This document shows, piece by piece, positions 26,664 to 32,000 of a stretch of 32,000 nucleotides of DNA. This DNA comes from Corynebacterium amycolatum (lineage in GTDB: Bacteria > Actinomycetota > Actinomycetes > Mycobacteriales > Mycobacteriaceae), in assembly GCF_049243625.1 (NCBI RefSeq), contig NZ_CP046975.1; one strand, given 5' to 3'. Each line of letters begins with the position of its first letter. Within the stretch, counting starts at the first letter, position 1. The notes beneath the pieces are model-generated. The model did no database searches. It saw nothing but the letters and a program-made list of their open reading frames with translations, and had not been told where the DNA came from. The position numbers and the translations under genes are program-made.

Positions 26664-28178
26664 ATGTCAGATCGTATTGCCCATGCTGGCCTCAAATCCA
26701 AGGTGATGACCGCGCAGGAGGCGGCACAGTTCATCAATCACGGAGATATGGTGGGCTTTGCCGGATTTACCGGCGCCGGTTATCCGAAGGTTGTTCCGCC
26801 GGCTCTCGCTGAGCGCATGGAGGCCGCTCACGAACGGGGTGACGAGTTCAAGATTAAGGTCTTGACCGGTGCTTCTACCGCTCCGGAACTCGATGGTGTG
26901 TTGGCAAGGGCCAATGGTGTCGAGTGGCGCATGCCATACCAGTCTGATCCGACAATGCGTAGCCTCATTAATGCGGGCGACGCGTACTACAGTGATATTC
27001 ACCTTTCGCACTCTGGTCCGATGACGGAGCAGGGCTTCTTTGGTCCGGTCAATGTTGCCGTCGTTGAAGCCGTTCGCATTAAGGCCGATGGCTCCCTGAT
27101 TCTTTCCTCTTCGGTTGGTAATAGTGTTTCATATTTGAATGCCGCCGAGAAGATCATCATTGAGGTCAACTCCTGGCAATCTGAGGACCTCGAGGGCATG
27201 CATGATATCTACAGTGTCGGCCTGCCTCCGAACCGCAAGGAGATTCCGATTCTGACTCCGGGTGACCGTATTGGCACCCCGTATGTTCCGATTGATGTCG
27301 ACAAGGTTGTTGCTGTCGTTGAGACTAACGCCGAGGATCGTAACTCGCCGTTCAAGCCGCTGGATGATGACTCTAAGGCCATTGCGGGTTACCTGCTCGA
27401 CTTCCTCGATTGTGAGGTCAAGGCCGGACGTCTGCCGGAGAACCTGCTGCCGATGCAGTCGGGTGTCGGCAACATTCCAAACGCTGTGCTTGCGGGGCTG
27501 CTTGACTCCAAGTATGAGAACCTGACCTCCTTTACTGAGGTTATTCAGGATGGAATGATTAACCTGATGGATGCTGGCAAGCTGACCATGGCTTCCGGCA
27601 CTGCTTTCTCGCTGTCTCCGGAATATGCAGCTCGAATGAATGAGAATGCTGCTGACTACCGTGACAAGATTGTGCTGCGTCCGCAGGATCTCTCTAATAA
27701 CCCGGGGCTGACTCGCCGTATGGGTCTGATTGCCACTAACGGCATGATTGAGGCCGACATCTACGGTAATGTCAACTCCACTCACGTGGCTGGCTCGCGC
27801 TTGATGAACGGTATTGGTGGCTCCGGCGACTTCACCCGCAACGCCTACATTTCGTCGTTCGTGTCTCCGTCGTTGGCTAAGAATGGCAATATTTCTGCTA
27901 TCGTGCCCATGGTCTCCCATGTTGACCACACTGAACACGATGTGATGGTTATCATCACTGAGCAGGGTCTGGCTGACCTCCGTGGTCTGGCCCCACGTCA
28001 GCGCTCCCGCCTTATTATCGAGAAGTGTGCTCACCCGATGTACAAGGAGGCGCTGCTCGAGTACGTTGAGCGTGCCGAGAAGGCCACTCCGTACCTGCAC
28101 ACTCCGCATGACCTGGGTACTTCTTACGACTTCCACCGTCGCTTCCTTGAGAACGGCTCGATGAAGCCGGTCGATTAA
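26664..28178 (+). CDS. Acetyl-CoA hydrolase/transferase-family CoA-transferase, paralog 2 (diverged copy)
   Basis: The start is ATG 26664 (MSDRIAHAGL, identical to the paralog 1 start), with SD AAAGGTGAG upstream; ATG 26646 is rejected. It has the same family motifs as paralog 1. By hand count, 64 of the first 100 residues are identical to paralog 1. A/T-ending codons are visibly more frequent. Confidence 0.9.
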   Translation: MSDRIAHAGLKSKVMTAQEAAQFINHGDMVGFAGFTGAGYPKVVPPALAERMEAAHERGDEFKIKVLTGASTAPELDGVLARANGVEWRMPYQSDPTMRSLINAGDAYYSDIHLSHSGPMTEQGFFGPVNVAVVEAVRIKADGSLILSSSVGNSVSYLNAAEKIIIEVNSWQSEDLEGMHDIYSVGLPPNRKEIPILTPGDRIGTPYVPIDVDKVVAVVETNAEDRNSPFKPLDDDSKAIAGYLLDFLDCEVKAGRLPENLLPMQSGVGNIPNAVLAGLLDSKYENLTSFTEVIQDGMINLMDAGKLTMASGTAFSLSPEYAARMNENAADYRDKIVLRPQDLSNNPGLTRRMGLIATNGMIEADIYGNVNSTHVAGSRLMNGIGGSGDFTRNAYISSFVSPSLAKNGNISAIVPMVSHVDHTEHDVMVIITEQGLADLRGLAPRQRSRLIIEKCAHPMYKEALLEYVERAEKATPYLHTPHDLGTSYDFHRRFLENGSMKPVD

Positions 28179-28192
28179 GGTTCTAGCGCGTT

Positions 28193-28238
28193 TCCCGCTT
28201 TACGACGAAGTTTGCGTCGTAGGGCGGGATTTGCTTTT
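28193..28238 (+). terminator. Rho-independent terminator after CoA-transferase 2
   Basis: TCCCGCTTTACGACG pairs with CGTCGTAGGGCGGGA (15 bp including three U-G pairs), followed by TTTGCTTTT. Confidence 0.75.
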
Positions 28239-28380
28239 AGTATCGTCTCGAAAGAGTGTTCGAATTTGGCGGTGATTCTTGGGCTTGGGTGGCGGTTTGA
28301 ATCCGGGGTGAGGGATATGGTGTGGGCGAATTGATAAAGAACTGTTCGTTAGGGGACCTCGTTAGGGAGGGGGCAGTGCA

Positions 28381-29904
28381 ATGTCGGAGTTGGAATCGTG
28401 TGGGGAATTTCGCTTCAGTCATGAGGTGAGGGCTCATCCGCTCGCTGAAGTGATGCGGGAGATTAATCGCTTGCAAGTGGTTATCGCTCAGCGGGTCGCA
28501 CCACCAGATGATGGCGATGTTGAAGCTCATCTGGCTTATTGGTCGGTGGTGCTGGGCATCTCGCGCACCGAAGTGAATAAATATATGGAAATTGGCTACA
28601 TGCTTGGGCGCATGCCGCAATTGGCGGAAATGTGTCGGGAGCGCGGGCACTTGTCAATGAAGCATTTGACAATGCTCGGAAAACACACACGCCCTGTAGT
28701 CGATGAAAAAGTTGACGCAGTTGAGTCGGGTCTCGTGGATGTCGTTAAGCCAAGGCGAGACGGGGAAGCGCTCCGTGGAGTGCGGGCGATGGCAACGCGG
28801 GTGCAGCGAGTGATTGGTGAGTGTGCTCCGGAAGTCCGGCCACGCGATGTGGATGTCGCTGGGTTGCACACTGATAGGGTCCTGGCCCGGAATGTGGAAG
28901 CGACCGTAGATGCTGCAATTGATGCGGCGGCATATCAAGTCGAGAAGGATGGGGAATCTGCGGAGGATCCCGCGGAGTCGCCTGAGGTGCAGGAGGTTCA
29001 AGCTGCGGCTCTCGATTACTTTGGCGATCGCATGACGGCTAAGGAGTTTATCGCGGTTGATGAACATGGTGACGCTGGAGTGACAACGCTGACTACTGTG
29101 CTCGAGCGACATCATGCGGTGGAAGCCCTTGCAATTATCGACGCAGTGGCTAAGCAGATGAAGGTGAGTCGCGCGGCAGCTTTCATGCATGCGCTACGCG
29201 GTACTTGTGAGGTGGAGGTGAATCTGGAGCTCTTCCGAGTGCTCTCTCTCGGGGAGGATGGCGAACCGGAAAACACTCCAGTGTGGCTCGCTGGTGCTGG
29301 TTGGCTTTCTACGCTGGTGGCCGAGTCTTGGCTGAAACGGGTATCGACATTGCGGGTGCTGGGGGATAGTGCCGTTGAGGGCTATCGACCCTCCGAGTCG
29401 CAGCGTGCATTCGTGCGTGCCCGTGACGGTGTGTGTAGTTTTCCTGGATGCGATATCCCTGCGGAAAAGTGCGATATCGACCATATTGTGGAATTTGATC
29501 ACAGTCTTTCCGGTGGTGAGCGGCAAATGGAAGGGGCTACGCACACGGATAATCTCCATTGTCTTTGTCGACGGCACCACAACCTTAAAACTGCTGGTAT
29601 ATGGCGAGTTGTTCGAGGTGATGATGGGACTGAAGCCTGGACGTTCCTCTCTTGTGATGAGGGGCCGTTTGCGCACTCGGACAAAGAGCACACTGGGCAT
29701 GGTCGTTACACCTTTGCCTCGCAGACTGAAAAGAAAACCGCTGCGCTGGCCGAGCACAATGAGAAACGTCGCAAACTGCATGACAGCCTCCGCAGTCTAG
29801 TGGATAAGGTGCGGAGGGATTTGGAAAAGGAGAGGGCAGTAGACGGGGTGGATTGTGAAAGCGAAGGAGATGGTAAAAACCGCGGAGACAGCGATGGGGA
29901 GTGA
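28381..29904 (+). CDS. DUF222 / HNH endonuclease-domain protein (REP13E12-like family)
   Basis: The HNH block is RDGVCSFPGCDIPAEKCDIDHIVEF...HTDNLHCLCRRHHNLKTAG. The N-terminal region is DUF222-like (LGISRTEVNKYMEIGYMLGRMPQLAEMCRERGHLSMKHL). SD GGGAGGGGG lies upstream. Codon usage visibly differs from the flanking core genes. Confidence 0.85.
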   Translation: MSELESCGEFRFSHEVRAHPLAEVMREINRLQVVIAQRVAPPDDGDVEAHLAYWSVVLGISRTEVNKYMEIGYMLGRMPQLAEMCRERGHLSMKHLTMLGKHTRPVVDEKVDAVESGLVDVVKPRRDGEALRGVRAMATRVQRVIGECAPEVRPRDVDVAGLHTDRVLARNVEATVDAAIDAAAYQVEKDGESAEDPAESPEVQEVQAAALDYFGDRMTAKEFIAVDEHGDAGVTTLTTVLERHHAVEALAIIDAVAKQMKVSRAAAFMHALRGTCEVEVNLELFRVLSLGEDGEPENTPVWLAGAGWLSTLVAESWLKRVSTLRVLGDSAVEGYRPSESQRAFVRARDGVCSFPGCDIPAEKCDIDHIVEFDHSLSGGERQMEGATHTDNLHCLCRRHHNLKTAGIWRVVRGDDGTEAWTFLSCDEGPFAHSDKEHTGHGRYTFASQTEKKTAALAEHNEKRRKLHDSLRSLVDKVRRDLEKERAVDGVDCESEGDGKNRGDSDGE

Positions 29905-29961
29905 GTGCTAGGTTCTGCTACACTCATTTGTGTCCATATAGTGAGAAGGGTATCTCAAAAA

Positions 29962-30996
29962 ATGACTGAGGTAGGAAAGCTGAAGATCGCCGTCATCCCG
30001 GGTGATGGCATCGGCACGGAAGTTACGGCAGAGGCACTGAAGGTGCTGGGGGCTGCTATCGGCGAGTTCGACACCACCGAGTATGACCTCGGTTCGCGTC
30101 GCTACTTGCGCAATGGCGAACTGCTCACCGACGCCGACCTTGACTCCCTGCGCGAGCACGACGCTATTCTGCTCGGTGCCATCGGTGACCCGGCGAACGT
30201 TCCTCCGGGCGTTCTCGAACGCGGCCTGCTGCTGAAGATGCGCTTCGCGCTGGATCACCACGTCAACCTGCGTCCTTCCAAGCTCTTCCCGGGTGTCGAG
30301 TCACCGCTGAAGAATCCGGGCGAAATTGATTTCGTGGTCGTCCGCGAGGGAACCGAAGGTGCCTACACCGGTAACGGCGGTGCGATTCGCGTCGGCACGC
30401 CACACGAGGTTGCCAACGAGACCTCCGTCAATACCCGCTTCGGTGCTGAGCGCGTTGTTCGCTACGCCTTCGAGCTGGCTATGACCCGCCGCAAGAAGCT
30501 GACTCTCGTCCACAAGACCAATGTGCTGGTGCACGGCGGCGGTATGTGGCAGCGTACGGTCGACGAGGTCGCTAAGGAATACCCTGAGGTAGATGTCGAT
30601 TACTCGCACATCGACGCTGCGACGATTTACCTCGTCACTAATCCTTCGCGTTTCGACGTCATCGTCACCGACAATCTCTTCGGCGACATCATTACTGATG
30701 AAGCTGGTGCAGTTTCGGGCGGTATTGGCCTGGCAGCGTCCGGCAACATTGACGCCTCCAATACCAACCCGTCCATGTTTGAGCCCGTTCACGGCTCCGC
30801 GCCCGACATTGCTGGCAAGGGGATCGCTGACCCGACGGCAGCCATTCTGTCGGGTGCCATGATGCTTCGCCATCTGGGTCGTGAGGAAGACGCTCAGCGC
30901 ATCGAAGCTGCTGTGGAAGCTGACATGGCTACCCGCGGTAGTGGCCCAATCAAGACCAGTGAAGTTGGCGACCGCATTGCTGCTGCTTTGAAGTAG
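29962..30996 (+). CDS. leuB: 3-isopropylmalate dehydrogenase
   Basis: [44 protein letters not shown] and [14 protein letters not shown] are present. The start is ATG 29962; the 29905 extension overlaps the HNH stop region and is rejected. Confidence 0.95.
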   Translation: MTEVGKLKIAVIPGDGIGTEVTAEALKVLGAAIGEFDTTEYDLGSRRYLRNGELLTDADLDSLREHDAILLGAIGDPANVPPGVLERGLLLKMRFALDHHVNLRPSKLFPGVESPLKNPGEIDFVVVREGTEGAYTGNGGAIRVGTPHEVANETSVNTRFGAERVVRYAFELAMTRRKKLTLVHKTNVLVHGGGMWQRTVDEVAKEYPEVDVDYSHIDAATIYLVTNPSRFDVIVTDNLFGDIITDEAGAVSGGIGLAASGNIDASNTNPSMFEPVHGSAPDIAGKGIADPTAAILSGAMMLRHLGREEDAQRIEAAVEADMATRGSGPIKTSEVGDRIAAALK

Positions 30997-31041
30997 CGCA
31001 TGCGGTAGTGCAAACAGTAGTGCAGTAAAACAGGGGAAGGG

Positions 31042-31695
31042 TTAGACAATCACAGTTTTGCCATCGACGGTAGTGATGTGAGTCTTACCGTCGGCGGTGT
31101 GCTCGATGAAGTCCGACGCATGTCCGACCTGGGCAAGCACATTGATGATGGTGTCGAGGGTGTGTGGGGAAGGGCTTTCTGCGCCGCCATCGGGGCCATT
31201 CCCTCCCAGCCCTGCCACCAGTGCATCCCTCGTAATCTCCGCATGTCCCAGGTGCTGAGCCGCCTCGTGGAAGACATGCACAATCACTCCTTCGATGCTG
31301 CCGCACCACCAACGGTCTTTATCGGTAGGAATCGCAGCAGGAGCACCAGCGCGGTCAACGCCTTGCAGCTCCACCAGCGCGGATTCAATAGCCGCGCGAT
31401 CACGGTGGTAAATCTCCAGCCCTTCCGAAACACTGCAATGAGCAGAAAACTCCCCATCGCGATTGCGGACATAATCGCGCCCAAGGCAGACGCGCTCGAG
31501 CCAGTACCTCGCTGATCCGGTCACATGACGCAGCAGCACGGCCAGGGAGTTTATGGCTGGGATGGGGAGGGGTGCGTTGAAGGTATCGTCGTCAAGCGTG
31601 GCGACGAGTGCCGCGAGCTTGTCCATCCTGCCGAGGATGTGGGCATCGAGCGGCCATTCGGGATTTGTGGAAGCGCTGTGTGTGGAATCGGTCAT
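31042..31695 (-). CDS. DinB-family (DUF664 / mycothiol-transferase-like) protein
   Basis: Helical-bundle His motifs typical of DinB_2 are present (LLRHVTGSARYW and HVFHEAAQHLGHAEITRD). The assignment is by pattern only. Confidence 0.55.
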   Translation of the reverse strand: MTDSTHSASTNPEWPLDAHILGRMDKLAALVATLDDDTFNAPLPIPAINSLAVLLRHVTGSARYWLERVCLGRDYVRNRDGEFSAHCSVSEGLEIYHRDRAAIESALVELQGVDRAGAPAAIPTDKDRWWCGSIEGVIVHVFHEAAQHLGHAEITRDALVAGLGGNGPDGGAESPSPHTLDTIINVLAQVGHASDFIEHTADGKTHITTVDGKTVIV

Positions 31696-31756
31696 AAGGT
31701 CGAGTATTCCCGCAAATCACTCCTATTGGGGCCAAAAATAGGGGATAATTGACCCC

Positions 31757-32000
31757 ATGACCGTCGAGCTTGCGGAAATCGCAGACTTCCTCAGCCAAAC
31801 TCGCCCGTTTTCGGACCTTACCGATGAAGAGCGCGCAACTATCCCACCGCTTTTGACCATGCGCTATGCCCGTCGTGGCACGGAGATTATCCGGGCGGGT
31901 GCGGATAACAATAGCTGTTTCATTATTCGCTCCGGCATGGTGGATCTCTTCGACCCAGCTGGCACACTGCTGGACAGACGAGATGTGGGAGATCATTTCG
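31757..32000 (+). CDS. Cyclic-nucleotide-binding-domain protein, 5' part only (runs off the window)
   Basis: My own translation from ATG 31757 is MTVELAEIADFLSQTRPFSDLTDEERATIPPLLTMRYARRGTEIIRAGADNNSCFIIRSGMVDLFDPAGTLLDRRDVGDHF. This is the typical start of a cNMP-binding beta-roll, as in the cAMP/CBS signal protein near leuB in C. glutamicum. GATAAT lies 7 nt upstream and no SD is visible, so the transcript may be leaderless. Confidence 0.55.
   Translation, partial: MTVELAEIADFLSQTRPFSDLTDEERATIPPLLTMRYARRGTEIIRAGADNNSCFIIRSGMVDLFDPAGTLLDRRDVGDHF

Noticed and set aside
23644-28178. The inverted CoA-transferase gene pair considered as the arms of a composite transposon or an invertible segment.
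   Set aside because: The copies are only about two-thirds identical at the protein level, with only short identical DNA stretches (about 26 nt at most by eye). No transposase or recombinase gene is present, and I saw no terminal inverted repeats or target duplications.
23644-28178. The idea that one CoA-transferase is a zinc-independent backup paralog, a classic Zur-regulon theme.
   Set aside because: I know of no zinc requirement in this enzyme family. Neither copy shows gain or loss of Cys/His metal-ligand clusters by eye. Only the co-orientation with the COG0523 gene remains as a testable point, and that is reported separately.

Overview
This 32-kb window reads as conserved chromosomal core of a Corynebacterium-type actinobacterium. 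Coding is dense on both strands. I saw no rRNA, tRNA, CRISPR array, transposase or phage gene.

Identification rests on hand alignment of translated ORFs to remembered C. glutamicum proteins (IlvD, MscCG/YggB, IlvB, IlvN, SerA, Cat/ActA). It also rests on gene order resembling C. glutamicum cg1409-cg1456 and M. tuberculosis Rv3001c-Rv3010c. No searches were run.

Genes from left to right:
- an iron-siderophore-type ABC importer (FecCD permease truncated at the window edge, ATPase, lipoprotein binding protein)
- pfkA
- a YkvI-family membrane protein with a long charged tail
- a SAM methyltransferase
- gatB
- an LppZ-like lipoprotein
- a DoxX membrane protein with a roughly 284-aa acidic N-terminal extension
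- a secreted SxxK serine-hydrolase-fold protein
- ilvD
- a small bacterial-PH-type membrane protein
- the MscS-type channel mscCG (yggB), divergent from ilvB-ilvN-ilvC
- a large lipoprotein of unknown function
- serA
- an apparently accessory block at about 23.6-29.9 kb: CoA-transferase paralog 1, a COG0523 GTPase behind a Zur-type box, CoA-transferase paralog 2 in inverted orientation, and a DUF222-HNH protein
- leuB
- a DinB-family protein
- the 5' end of a cNMP-binding-domain gene

I do not see a convincing new multi-gene system; there are no defence-like, toxin-antitoxin or biosynthetic-cluster signatures. The most unusual items are:
1. the Zur-box/COG0523 gene bracketed by two diverged CoA-transferase paralogs
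2. a dense strand-specific G-run (G-quadruplex-type) cluster plus a Val-rich mini-ORF in the mscCG/ilvB control region
3. a 69-bp near-perfect palindrome upstream of ilvD
4. several domain extensions (DoxX, YkvI, MscCG tails)

All functional calls are from motifs read by eye and should be confirmed by database search.
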